Part shown: positions 41,000-50,824 of the stretch, one piece after another
Layout: each line of letters begins with the position of its first letter
Position numbering within the stretch: position 1 is the stretch's first letter
Notes under the pieces: model-generated
Databases searched by the model: none
The model's input: the letters and a program-made list of their open reading frames with translations, nothing else
Told to the model about the DNA's origin: nothing
Assembly (NCBI GenBank): GCA_049971805.1
Contig: JBMFKU010000001.1
Span: 1-64,000 of the forward strand
Source of the DNA: Caldisphaera sp.
GTDB taxonomy: Archaea; Thermoproteota; Thermoprotei_A; Sulfolobales; Acidilobaceae
Reading direction: 5' to 3'
DNA length: 64,000 nt
Program-made: the position numbers and the translations under genes

Positions 41000-41260
41000 G
41001 TGGGGATAATGAAGAAAATAGATCTGACCAATTTAGATTGCCCAGAACCAATGGTTTTAGCATATAGAGAATTAAGTAAATTGGATCAAGGAGAAGAGGT
41101 AGAGATAATAATGGATAATGAGGATTGTGCATACAGTTCATATAATTTAATAAAGAACAGCGGTGTTGCTCTAGTAACGATAGTCAATGAAACAAACAAA
41201 TTATATAAGTTGCATGTTATAAAGCTAAGAGATCTTAGAAATTCTATGTTTGCTCTATAA
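41000..41260 (+). CDS. TusA/SirA-family sulfur carrier
   Basis: IDLTNLDCPEPMV (CPxP motif). Confidence 0.87.
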   Translation: MGIMKKIDLTNLDCPEPMVLAYRELSKLDQGEEVEIIMDNEDCAYSSYNLIKNSGVALVTIVNETNKLYKLHVIKLRDLRNSMFAL

Positions 41261-41261
41261 A

Positions 41262-41726
41262 TTAAACAAATTTATTTTTAACTAAATTATTTACTTGACT
41301 TATATAGTTTTTGATATATAATTCTGCATATGGCCTGACCATATCTATAACTTCCTTTGCCTCGTTATCATCTAAATCATGCCTGCTATGTTTTCTGTAA
41401 TTTTCTAGATCCCATCTAGGTATTACGTGTACATGAAAGTGAAAAATAACTTGACCAGCAGCCTCACCACTATTAGTTAAAACGTTAACCCCTAATGCAT
41501 TAAGATTTATCCTATAAATTTTTGCTAATGCGGATGCAGCCAACCATGTTTTTGCTAACACATTAGGAGGGGTATCTTGAATTCCTTCATAATGCTCTCT
41601 AGGAATTACCAATAGATGTCCTTTAGATACAGGTTTTTTATCCAATATGACTAATAAATCTTCATCTTCATATATCTTATAGGCTGGCAGTTTTCCCGAA
41701 GATATTTCGCAAAATATGCAATCCAA
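41262..41726 (-). CDS. HIT family hydrolase
   Basis: CIFC, GHLLVIP, AGQVIFHFHVHVIPR. Confidence 0.93.
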   Translation of the reverse strand: MDCIFCEISSGKLPAYKIYEDEDLLVILDKKPVSKGHLLVIPREHYEGIQDTPPNVLAKTWLAASALAKIYRINLNALGVNVLTNSGEAAGQVIFHFHVHVIPRWDLENYRKHSRHDLDDNEAKEVIDMVRPYAELYIKNYISQVNNLVKNKFV

Positions 41727-41791
41727 TTTATTCGCCCTAATACTTAAAAATGTATTGAAATATATTAACCTAAACCTTTAATTTTAAATAT

Positions 41792-42082
41792 GTGTTACTT
41801 ATGAGTAAAAGAAGAGGTGTATTAAAAGATATATTGGGAAAAGCAGTTTATGGTGAAAAAGAAGAATATTTGATAACATACTTAGACAGAAGCTTAGAGC
41901 ATGGTTCTAGGGAGTTAAAAATATCATCAAGCAGAGTAATAGCTGTTAGCAATTGGGCAATAACCCTTGATGATAATGAAACAGTTATACCTTTGCACAG
42001 AATATTAGAAATTAGAGAAAAGAATGGAAAAATTTTGTGGAGAAAAGGTGAAAAATATGAGCTCCACGATAAAAGGAATTGA
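41792..42082 (+). CDS. DUF504/MJ1316-like RNA-repair-domain protein
   Basis: ITYLDR and IPLHRILEIRE.NGKILWRK. Confidence 0.75.
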   Translation: MLLMSKRRGVLKDILGKAVYGEKEEYLITYLDRSLEHGSRELKISSSRVIAVSNWAITLDDNETVIPLHRILEIREKNGKILWRKGEKYELHDKRN

Positions 42083-43415
42083 TTATGAAATAAAGGTCGT
42101 AGAAGGTTTCAAACTACCTTCTTTTAGCAATCAAAATGAAATTATTGTAGGAAGAAGTATATTGGAATCAGATATTAAGACAGGCACGCTAGGGGATTCA
42201 ATAGCAGGTCTCTTAATTCCTCCAATAGAATATGATAATGATTTAAGGGAACTAATAGAATTCTATAAAGTTAGAGTAACTATTGAGCAAGGATTCGAGA
42301 TTAGACAAAGGTTCGGGAAATTAACTAACGAAATAGACATACCAATAGAGATTATACCTATCTCTAGAATGTCTTTAATTAAAGATTTATATCCTTGCAT
42401 ATTTAATCGTGCTATTGAAAAAGTGGGGCTTGATGGATTAAGAGATGAATACAAAAAATATATTGAAAATATTGGCAATATAAAAGAAAACAATAGTATA
42501 AATTTAAGTAACAAGGTTTTGTTAATGAGTGCAAATAAGCTTCTAGGTACAATAGGTAAAAATGTTATTTTAGGTTTTTTAGCTATAAATTCAAACAAAA
42601 ACATTAATAATGAAGAAAAATGCGTTCCAAATCAATTACTTATGGACCCATACACTCTATTAACAATACCCGAAGGAAATTTAATAACTAATTGCAGCAA
42701 TGTAAACAATTATTTACTTAAACTTCTTGGTAGTGAATACAAATGCAAGAGGCCAAGCATATTGTCAAGTAGCCAGCTTTGCTATGGAAATAAAACTATT
42801 GTAATAAAGAACTACATTTATGGATTATTTAAATGGTTTATGGCTGGCGCCGTTTCCGCTTCTATTTATCCTTTTAAGCAAACACCTCTAGATAGATTAA
42901 GCAATGAATACAAGGCATTAAGAGATATGAGAAAAATAATAATAACTCCTAAGATAATTGTTATATGTCCTGATAAATATGAATCAAGAATGATTAGAGA
43001 ATTCATTGATGGTGAAGTGGTTTTAAAAAGCAAAGATCCTTATGCATGGTCTATATTGGGTGAAAGTTTAGCAAAAATCCATAACAACAATAGGGTTTTA
43101 GGGGATCCAAATCCTGGAAATTTTGTTATAACAGAAAATAATGAAATAGCATTAATAGACTTGGAGCAAGTTAGCAATTATTCACATAAAAAAGCCGCTT
43201 GGGATATAGCAGTTTTCTTTGCTTATGCCAGAACTTTTCAAGCAAACCCAAAATTGGTAAAAGAGGCACTATATGCATATGCAAAGTCGAGATCTAAAGA
43301 AGCTTGGAATTCAGTCCTGGATTATATAAAAGGGCCTCATCTCACAGCTTTAATGACCCCATTACCAAACTTGTTAGCTGAATTGAGATTATCGTTAAAG
43401 GATATAGATATTTGA
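42057..43415 (+). CDS. Atypical protein kinase-like (Bud32/RIO-like C-terminal domain) with unknown N-terminal half
   Basis: IVIK, RLSNEY, LAKIH...VLGDPNPGN, LIDLEQ, WDIA; ATG 42057 follows GGTGA. Confidence 0.72.
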   Translation: MSSTIKGIDYEIKVVEGFKLPSFSNQNEIIVGRSILESDIKTGTLGDSIAGLLIPPIEYDNDLRELIEFYKVRVTIEQGFEIRQRFGKLTNEIDIPIEIIPISRMSLIKDLYPCIFNRAIEKVGLDGLRDEYKKYIENIGNIKENNSINLSNKVLLMSANKLLGTIGKNVILGFLAINSNKNINNEEKCVPNQLLMDPYTLLTIPEGNLITNCSNVNNYLLKLLGSEYKCKRPSILSSSQLCYGNKTIVIKNYIYGLFKWFMAGAVSASIYPFKQTPLDRLSNEYKALRDMRKIIITPKIIVICPDKYESRMIREFIDGEVVLKSKDPYAWSILGESLAKIHNNNRVLGDPNPGNFVITENNEIALIDLEQVSNYSHKKAAWDIAVFFAYARTFQANPKLVKEALYAYAKSRSKEAWNSVLDYIKGPHLTALMTPLPNLLAELRLSLKDIDI

Positions 43416-43640
43416 ATAACTTGCTCATAGATAAAATAACGAAAACAGTTTCTTTTATGATTTTTATCTTTCCTCTAAGATATTAGGTTTGTTGTTTCTT
43501 TAGAATATTAAGATAAAATTATTTTAAATTACTTTAATAAAAATTGTTTGTTTATTATTTTAAATTATTTTTGTTTTAATATCTTTAAAGCTATATTAAT
43601 GCCTATAACTTTTGATTTCTAAAAAATAAAGGGGATAAGA

Positions 43641-44048
43641 TTGTCTGTTCACATTAAAAGAAATAATATATCGATTAGCTTAGAAGAATATTTAACAACT
43701 ATATATAAGCAAGGTGGGGAAACGAAGTGGGTAAAAACCGGCGATATTGCCGATTTTTTAGGAATCTCTCCTGCAAGTGTTACTGAAGCAGTTCAAAAAT
43801 TGGCTAAAGAAGGCTATTTGCAGTATTTCTCTTATAGAGGGGTAATGCTTACAAAGAAAGGCGCAGATATAGCGTCAGCAATAGCAAAGAAGGAAAATGA
43901 TATGAAGCAAATTTTAATAATGATTGGAATAAATTATAGAGAAGCCGAAGAAATATCATGCTTATTAGAACATAAAATAAGTGATGATGCGTTGGAAAAA
44001 CTTAAGCGTTTTATAAATGATTGTATCTCTAAAAATAAAAATTATTAA
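43641..44048 (+). CDS. DtxR/MntR-family metal-dependent regulator
   Basis: EEYL..IY, DIA..LGISPASVTE, LTKKG, LEH. Confidence 0.88.
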   Translation: MSVHIKRNNISISLEEYLTTIYKQGGETKWVKTGDIADFLGISPASVTEAVQKLAKEGYLQYFSYRGVMLTKKGADIASAIAKKENDMKQILIMIGINYREAEEISCLLEHKISDDALEKLKRFINDCISKNKNY

Positions 44049-44082
44049 ATTTGGAAAAGCAATATAATGTAGGCGAGGTTCT

Positions 44083-44472
44083 TTGAGCAAGAAAAGATTT
44101 GGGATAAGTCTACCAGAAAACTTATATGAGCAGCTTAACAAGTTATCAAGCAAGCTAGAAACAAATAGAAGTGATCTTGTAGAACAGGCCGTGAGCGTAT
44201 TTATCAATGACTACAAGCACTACTTGATTCCGCATATTTGTACAGGAGTCATGATAGTTTCATGTAAGGATGAAACAATTGCTAAAGAATTAATTGATGA
44301 ATATTCTGATATAGCTAAAACGTATATCCATACACATGAAAATGCTTTGTGCATAGAAATAATATTTGTATCAGGACCATCTGAAAAAATTGCACTCTTT
44401 CAGAAAAAATTGGCGCAAAATGCCAAATGCAATCCAAGGTATATACCCGTTTCTACTATAAATACAAAGTGA
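44083..44472 (+). CDS. NikR-like ribbon-helix-helix regulator
   Basis: RFGISLP, NRSDLV, HTH...CIE. Confidence 0.8.
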   Translation: MSKKRFGISLPENLYEQLNKLSSKLETNRSDLVEQAVSVFINDYKHYLIPHICTGVMIVSCKDETIAKELIDEYSDIAKTYIHTHENALCIEIIFVSGPSEKIALFQKKLAQNAKCNPRYIPVSTINTK

Positions 44473-44523
44473 TGAACTACAATAAACAGTATTATTCATG
44501 CTTAGGATCATAAAATTTAATAA

Positions 44524-45651
44524 TTAGAGCTTAGGAATATCAACAAAAGACCACGCAAGATCTTTTGCTTGCTCCAATTTCCTTTGATGATCAGATAAGA
44601 ACCTTTCTAACCTATTAAATCCAAAGAGCTTACATTCTCCACAAAGTAATTTTCCACCTTTACATCTATCATATATGTCCTTTAATTCCATATCATCAGG
44701 TACCAAATGATACAAATAAAAATCAAAAACAGGGCATTTTTCAGGTTCCCCACCCAACTTTTTTTGCTCTTCTGCTGTGTTTCTACCTCCTGTTAATGAA
44801 GCCATAAACTTTCTTTTTGCTACATCTATCGAGTCTGAAAGGAAAATAGTTATATCAGGCTTGCTACTGCTCATTTTTCCACCATCTAAACCCCTAATAA
44901 GCTTATGATATATAGATGCTGGTGGGATAAGTTCTATTTCGTCTTTAAATCTTGTAGTTAAATCTCTTGTAAGTCTTAGATGAGGATCTTGATCTGCGCC
45001 GACAGGAACTAAAACATATTTATATTCTCCATATTCAGGTAGTTGAGGATGCAATATGTCTGCAGCTTGAGTTAATGCTGAAACTATCTTCCCTGGCGAT
45101 ACTTCTCCATAAATTGCCTCTAATTCGTTAAATGTTATTCTAGAACTAAACATCTGTATTAATGAATAATAAGAGCCTTTTCTATTTGTTTGAAAATAAA
45201 AATCTGTTTTCTTTGGGTCTAGTCCTAATGCAATCAAATTTGCAACATATTCTTCGATACCTATTTTTATTAGATCCTTTCTTTGCATGTGCCTAACTGC
45301 ATATGCCTCAGCGTCTGCTAGCCCAACAAATATTTTGAACCCTAGCCTTTGAAAATAAACTAATTGAAGACCTGTGAGCATATGACCGAAATGGAATCTA
45401 CCACTCGGCATAAATCCTGTCATAACAGCAACGGGTTTTTTATCAATGTAAGATTTTAATAATATATCGAAATCTCTATGGCCAAATATTATACCTCTTT
45501 TCATAAATTGATTCGGCTCTATATTTAGTTCCCTCATTTTTTCCAATATTTCATTAAAGGGTCTTATGCCAAAAACTTCATATAATCTTGTGTAGTCTTT
45601 GATGTCAGGTCTACCCCAGGGGTCAAGTCTTATTTCTTCTTTTTCTGCCAA
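44524..45651 (-). CDS. trpS: Tryptophanyl-tRNA synthetase
   Basis: LDPWG, PSGRFHFGH, QAADIL, PVGADQDPH, KMSSS. Confidence 0.95.
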   Translation of the reverse strand: MAEKEEIRLDPWGRPDIKDYTRLYEVFGIRPFNEILEKMRELNIEPNQFMKRGIIFGHRDFDILLKSYIDKKPVAVMTGFMPSGRFHFGHMLTGLQLVYFQRLGFKIFVGLADAEAYAVRHMQRKDLIKIGIEEYVANLIALGLDPKKTDFYFQTNRKGSYYSLIQMFSSRITFNELEAIYGEVSPGKIVSALTQAADILHPQLPEYGEYKYVLVPVGADQDPHLRLTRDLTTRFKDEIELIPPASIYHKLIRGLDGGKMSSSKPDITIFLSDSIDVAKRKFMASLTGGRNTAEEQKKLGGEPEKCPVFDFYLYHLVPDDMELKDIYDRCKGGKLLCGECKLFGFNRLERFLSDHQRKLEQAKDLAWSFVDIPKL

Positions 45652-45763
45652 GCTAATCGCCCTTATAAATAATCATTATTGGGCAATAAATTTTTATGCA
45701 GTAGTTTCTTAAGCTATTTTAATAAATTTAAGTTCTAGATTACAAATTTTTTATGGTGAAAGA

Positions 45764-46711
45764 TTGAGTAATTTGGATCAAACAGATTTCGAAATGTTCG
45801 AAAGGCTTAAGGAATATGCACCAATAACTATTTCTGAATTATCAAGAACTTTAGGTTATAGCAAAAGTATGGTTTACAATAGAGTAAAAAAATTGGAAAA
45901 AGAGGGCTTGGTAAAAATTAAAAACCAGGGCGGAGTATCTATAATAGAGATAATTGAAAAAAAGAATCCAATGCTTTATGTTGGTATTTTAAGAGCAAGC
46001 GAGTACCCATATATAATAGACTTTGCCAAAAAGCTAGAAGATAAATATAAATATGTGCAAATAAAGGTTTATGATGATGCATTTAAGGAAACAGTCGATT
46101 TATCGCTAGGTAAAATTCAGCTTGCTATGAGTCCTGCCATTTCCTTGATGTCTATTCATAGAATTAGCAAAGGGGAAGTATTTATAATAGGTGGAGGTAG
46201 CGGGGGAGGTAGCGGAATAATAAATAATCCTAATGGAAATGAGGGGCATACCACATCAATGATGTCATCAATGGAATTATGTGCAGAAATACATAAAGTA
46301 GAAATGCCAAGGTTGTACAGTAGTAGTGGGAAAGAAATATTAGAAAATGTTGAAAAAGGAAGAGTTAGGTATGGAATAGTATGGGAGCCTTATTTAACTC
46401 TTGCTAAAAGGAAACAAATGAAAACCATACCTTGTCAGCTAGATACTTGTTGCCTTTTGGGAGCCCATAAATCTTTATATGATGATTTTGATAAAATCAA
46501 AAAAATGCTTTCAGATTCTATTTCAAGGATTAATAATGCAAACTTGGAAACTTATTCTGATATAATAATGATGCCTAAAGAAATTGTTAAGGATTCTATT
46601 AAAAGTTATTCATTTTTTGAAGAACCTGATAAAAATTATCTGAAAAATATATTGAGTAATATGAGAAATGTTATACTTCCAGAAAACATTGTCAGTCAAG
46701 CTATTATTTAA
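45764..46711 (+). CDS. wHTH regulator fused to a periplasmic-binding-protein-like domain
   Basis: N-terminal ISELSRTLGYSKSMVYNRVKKLE; C-terminal GILRASEYP, WEPY, CCLL. Confidence 0.72.
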   Translation: MSNLDQTDFEMFERLKEYAPITISELSRTLGYSKSMVYNRVKKLEKEGLVKIKNQGGVSIIEIIEKKNPMLYVGILRASEYPYIIDFAKKLEDKYKYVQIKVYDDAFKETVDLSLGKIQLAMSPAISLMSIHRISKGEVFIIGGGSGGGSGIINNPNGNEGHTTSMMSSMELCAEIHKVEMPRLYSSSGKEILENVEKGRVRYGIVWEPYLTLAKRKQMKTIPCQLDTCCLLGAHKSLYDDFDKIKKMLSDSISRINNANLETYSDIIMMPKEIVKDSIKSYSFFEEPDKNYLKNILSNMRNVILPENIVSQAII

Positions 46712-47041
46712 ATTATAAGACAATTCTCAATATGAAAGATAAATTTTATTTAAAAACATTATCTCCTTATGTATTTGATTAAATATTTATTAGAACTAGA
46801 TCGTATAGCGAAATGTTACTTTAGATTTTATCAAGCAGTTAGAGAAAAAGGTTTTCATATATTCTCCTTTTTGTTAAGGTATTATTTATAAGTGTTTTGA
46901 TCTTAAAATATAAAGTTTGCAATCTATTAAAGCAACTAATGGCACCTTTATGCTATGAGTTATTCAATTCTGAAATGCTTTTTTTATTGTCATAAAATTG
47001 CTTGCTAATCTTTTAACTTAAAAAAATAAATAAAAAATATT

Positions 47042-47587
47042 TTATTCGGGCAGTAAGACCTTTCCTTTAGTTCCATTTAAAACTATAGCCATGGATAAAT
47101 AAACGGCTGATATACCTGTTACTATACCTATAACGCCTGCTATATGCATAACAACTGTGCTGGCAGACCAGTCAGCAGCGGCTAATGTAAAAAATGTTAT
47201 AAATAGCAATGTTAGAACTATACTTAAAACCCTTGCTTTTAAAAATATCGATCCGAAATCCATATATAGTGTAAAAATACCCCATAAGAACATCCATAAT
47301 CCTACTTCTTTACCGCTCGTAGGCAAGCCAAGTATTAAAGCTAGTGCTAGACCAATCCAAAATAATCCATAGCCTGAAAAAGCTATACCACCAAACATAT
47401 CATTCCTTCTAAAAGAGATCCATCCTGCAAAAACCTGAGCCAGACCTCCCCATGAAATAGCATAGCCAAGAGTTAAACCTGTTGTAGGCACTAATCCTGC
47501 ATTGGCAGCACTTAGAACTATTGTGGTTAGGCCAAAACCTACTAAACCTAATGCTGCCGGATTTGCCCATATTTCTTCTTTACTCAT
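47042..47587 (-). CDS. satP: SatP/GPR1/FUN34/YaaH acetate uptake transporter
   Basis: ANPAALGLVGFGLTT, GGLAQ, SGYGLFW; downstream of acs. Confidence 0.9.
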   Translation of the reverse strand: MSKEEIWANPAALGLVGFGLTTIVLSAANAGLVPTTGLTLGYAISWGGLAQVFAGWISFRRNDMFGGIAFSGYGLFWIGLALALILGLPTSGKEVGLWMFLWGIFTLYMDFGSIFLKARVLSIVLTLLFITFFTLAAADWSASTVVMHIAGVIGIVTGISAVYLSMAIVLNGTKGKVLLPE

Positions 47588-47635
47588 TTCACACCCCCCT
47601 CATGCATTACTTAAAAAAAACAAATTTTTAAAAAA

Positions 47636-49588
47636 CTACTTCATACTAGATTTAAATTCATCCCAGGCTCTTTTTAGCTCATCAACAGATGTTGGATCTT
47701 CTAAGGTTGATACATCACCAACTGGATTGTTTGTTAATATTGCCTTTAGAACCCTTCTCATTATCTTTCCGCTTCTAGTCTTTGGCAATTTCTTTACGAA
47801 TATTATTGCCTGAGGAGTAGCTATTGGACCTATAACAGTTCTAACAGTTTCTATAAGTTCTTTCCTGAGATCTTCATTGGGATTTAATCCAGATTTTAAG
47901 ACAACAGCGGCTATAGGTACTTCACCTTTTATTGGATCTGAAACTCCTATTACTGCTGATTCCGCAACCGCTGGATGTTTAATTAATGCGTCTTCCATTT
48001 CTATTGTACCTATTCTATGGCCTGCAACCTTTAATACTTCATCAGCTCTACCTAATAGCCAGAAGTAACCCTCTTCGTCTTTTACTGCATAATCTCCTGC
48101 ATAAAATTGGCCTGGGTATTTTCCAAAATACGTCCTAACAAACCTATCTGGATCACCCCATATACCTAAAGGCATACCTGGCCATGGTTTTCTTATAACA
48201 AGGTATCCTTTAACTCCTGGAGGAGTTTCCTTTCCATTATCATCTAATACATCTGGATCAATTCCAGGCAATGGATACGTAGCAGAACCAGGCTTTAACG
48301 GGACTAGGCCAATGTTAGGTGAAGGAGCAATCATTGATGCCGAAGTTTCTGTCATCCACCATGTGTCAACTATTGGGCACTTGCCTCTCCCAACTACATT
48401 AAAATACCATTCCCAAACATCAGGATTTATTGGCTCGCCTACAGTACCTAAGATTCTTAAAGAGGATAGATCATGCTTTTTAATCCAGTCGTCACCGTAT
48501 TGCCTTAAGAGTCTTAACGATGTTGGGGATGTATAAAATATTGTTACCTTATATTTTTCAATTATGCTCCAAGGCCTATCTGGATTTGGATAAACTGGAG
48601 CACCTTCATACATAACTTCTGTTGCTCCATGCATTAATGGGCCATATACTATATATGTATGCCCAGTGACCCATCCAACATCTGCAAAAGTCCAATGTAC
48701 ATCTTCTGGCCTAATATCCCAATTCCATCTGAATGCATGGTAAACGAAGGTCATATACCCTCCTACACTATGCATTATTCCTTTAGGCTTACCTGTTGTC
48801 CCACTAGTATATAATATATATAAAATATCATCACCTTTTCTTGCTACTGGTTTAACATAAGTGCTGTCAGAATATTTATTAATTAATTCATGATACCAAT
48901 AATCTCTTCCTTCTACAAAAGGTATTTCAGTTCCAAGCCTTTTAACAACAACAACTTTTTCTACATTTGTTCCTTGATCTCTTGCGATTTTAATTGCACT
49001 TTCTACATTTTTCTTTAATTCAATTGGCTTTCCGTTTCTTGGATATGAATCGGCTGTAACCAATACCTTAGATTTAGCATCTACAATTCTTGTTGCTAAA
49101 GCTTCTGCACTAAAACCTGAGAAGACAACGCTATGTATTGCCCCCAATCTAGTTGTAGATAACATAGAAATTGGCAATTCAGGAATCATCGGTAAATAAA
49201 TAGTTACAGTATCATTTTCCTTAATCCCTAAATCTTGTAAAGCTTTGGCAAACTTATTTACTTCTCTATAAAGATCTTTATATGTTAAAACCCTTGTTAT
49301 TCCATCTTCACCTTCCCAATAATATGCTACTTTATTAAATACAGATGTATTTTGCCATCTATCCAAGGCATTTAAGTTAATATTTGTCTGTGCTCCAACA
49401 AACCAACGATAAAAAGGTGGATTTGAGGATTCTAAAACTTTGTCCCATGTTTTATACCAAATCAGTTCTCTGGCCATTTTATCCCAGAATTCTTCTATAT
49501 TTTCAACACTCTTCTTCCAAAAATCGAGATACGCATTATGGTAAGGATACCTTTTCTCCTTATAAGGCAAGTTTTCTATTTCGTTCAA
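47636..49588 (-). CDS. acs: Acetyl-CoA synthetase (AMP-forming)
   Basis: YTSGTTGKPKG, VGEPINP, DTWWMTET, LPKTRSGKIMRR. Confidence 0.93.
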   Translation of the reverse strand: MNEIENLPYKEKRYPYHNAYLDFWKKSVENIEEFWDKMARELIWYKTWDKVLESSNPPFYRWFVGAQTNINLNALDRWQNTSVFNKVAYYWEGEDGITRVLTYKDLYREVNKFAKALQDLGIKENDTVTIYLPMIPELPISMLSTTRLGAIHSVVFSGFSAEALATRIVDAKSKVLVTADSYPRNGKPIELKKNVESAIKIARDQGTNVEKVVVVKRLGTEIPFVEGRDYWYHELINKYSDSTYVKPVARKGDDILYILYTSGTTGKPKGIMHSVGGYMTFVYHAFRWNWDIRPEDVHWTFADVGWVTGHTYIVYGPLMHGATEVMYEGAPVYPNPDRPWSIIEKYKVTIFYTSPTSLRLLRQYGDDWIKKHDLSSLRILGTVGEPINPDVWEWYFNVVGRGKCPIVDTWWMTETSASMIAPSPNIGLVPLKPGSATYPLPGIDPDVLDDNGKETPPGVKGYLVIRKPWPGMPLGIWGDPDRFVRTYFGKYPGQFYAGDYAVKDEEGYFWLLGRADEVLKVAGHRIGTIEMEDALIKHPAVAESAVIGVSDPIKGEVPIAAVVLKSGLNPNEDLRKELIETVRTVIGPIATPQAIIFVKKLPKTRSGKIMRRVLKAILTNNPVGDVSTLEDPTSVDELKRAWDEFKSSMK

Positions 49589-49605
49589 GAACCTCGCCTG
49601 TATTC

Positions 49606-49635
49606 ATATATATATACTGTAAAGTATATATATAT
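49606..49635. promoter_or_regulatory. 13-bp perfect inverted repeat in the acs-satP promoter
   Basis: atatatatatact-gtaa-agtatatatatat. Confidence 0.45.
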
Positions 49636-49726
49636 TTCTACAAGATATACAAATAGGAAAATTTTTATAGATCTATTAATTAAAACTCTTGTTTAATTTT
49701 TCATCACAAGAAACTTCCTTAAATAA

Positions 49727-50752
49727 CTATTCTATAAGATCATAATTGTGGGAAATACACTCTATATTAAAAATTAACTCAGCATTTTCATGGGCATATT
49801 TTTCAAGGTTTTTTCTTGATATTCCGTGGCTTAATAATGTCAAAAATACATCTTCCATGTATAGCTTAGGATCAGAATTGCTAACCGCAGGATAATCAGA
49901 ACCGTACATAATTTTATCAATAGGGAAATCCTTCATTACTATCGGTATCAATTGGACAGGTAATGCTGATGTATCAACATAAACATTTTGATATTTTTTG
50001 GATAATTCTAATGTTTCATCCATAAACACCCCAGGAGCTATTGCACTATATCCTCCAGCATGCGCTATTATAATTTTTGCGTCTCTATACTTTCTTAAAA
50101 TAGGATCCAATCTAGATGTATCCCCATACTTACAATATTTTGGTAATTCCCATATACCCGGATCACATCCTCCATGTATCGTTACTGGTAATCCTTTTTC
50201 ATTAGCTACCTCAATGGTTGCTTCTACTGATGGATCGTCTAAGTGCTTAAGGAATATAGTTGAAATTATTTTAAACCCTTTAAATCCCTCATTTATAGAC
50301 TTCTCTAATATTGATGATAAAACGTCAGGTTCTAATGATAAGTTGGCTGGAAACAAAACAGTGAAATTAGATAAAGCAGAAATTTCTTGGTGCTTTTTGA
50401 ATTGGCAAAAGCTTTCAGAGATCTGGTGTGCCATTAAAAATAAATTTTCAGGTGTTAGGAAATCCTTAATTTCTCCAGCAAACTTATCAATTAAATACTT
50501 TGTTCTATCGTATTCTTTTAATACATCATCATATTGTATTTTTACTAGAAGATCCCTAAATGGAGGGATTCCCAATATAACTGCTCCTCCTATTCCTGAG
50601 GCAATTAATTTTCTCAAATATTCGTTAGCTTCTTTCGCGCTTTTCATTACTGGACTGTGCACATGAGCATCTATTATACAGGATACTGGTATGTCAGCCT
50701 TCAAGTATACTACCCAGATTCTATTTGTTAAGAAACATTTTAAGCTTAACAT
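49727..50752 (-). CDS. Amidohydrolase_2 family metallo-hydrolase (likely start TTG 50704)
   Basis: IIDAHVH, IHGG, AHAG, YVDTS, YGSDYP. Confidence 0.88.
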   Translation of the reverse strand: MLSLKCFLTNRIWVVYLKADIPVSCIIDAHVHSPVMKSAKEANEYLRKLIASGIGGAVILGIPPFRDLLVKIQYDDVLKEYDRTKYLIDKFAGEIKDFLTPENLFLMAHQISESFCQFKKHQEISALSNFTVLFPANLSLEPDVLSSILEKSINEGFKGFKIISTIFLKHLDDPSVEATIEVANEKGLPVTIHGGCDPGIWELPKYCKYGDTSRLDPILRKYRDAKIIIAHAGGYSAIAPGVFMDETLELSKKYQNVYVDTSALPVQLIPIVMKDFPIDKIMYGSDYPAVSNSDPKLYMEDVFLTLLSHGISRKNLEKYAHENAELIFNIECISHNYDLIE

Positions 50753-50824
50753 TTAAAAAATATTGATAAGCATGTTACCTATACTCTCTTTAAGTACTTT
50801 GGTTTATAATAAATTAATAGAGCG

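Noticed and set aside
46712-47041. 330-bp gap between convergent genes
   Set aside because: AT-rich, with no convincing ORF, repeat or structure seen.
49998-50666. 222-aa + strand ORF and the many other short antisense ORFs in the track
   Set aside because: They are shadow frames of well-supported genes on the opposite strand, with no motifs or RBS.
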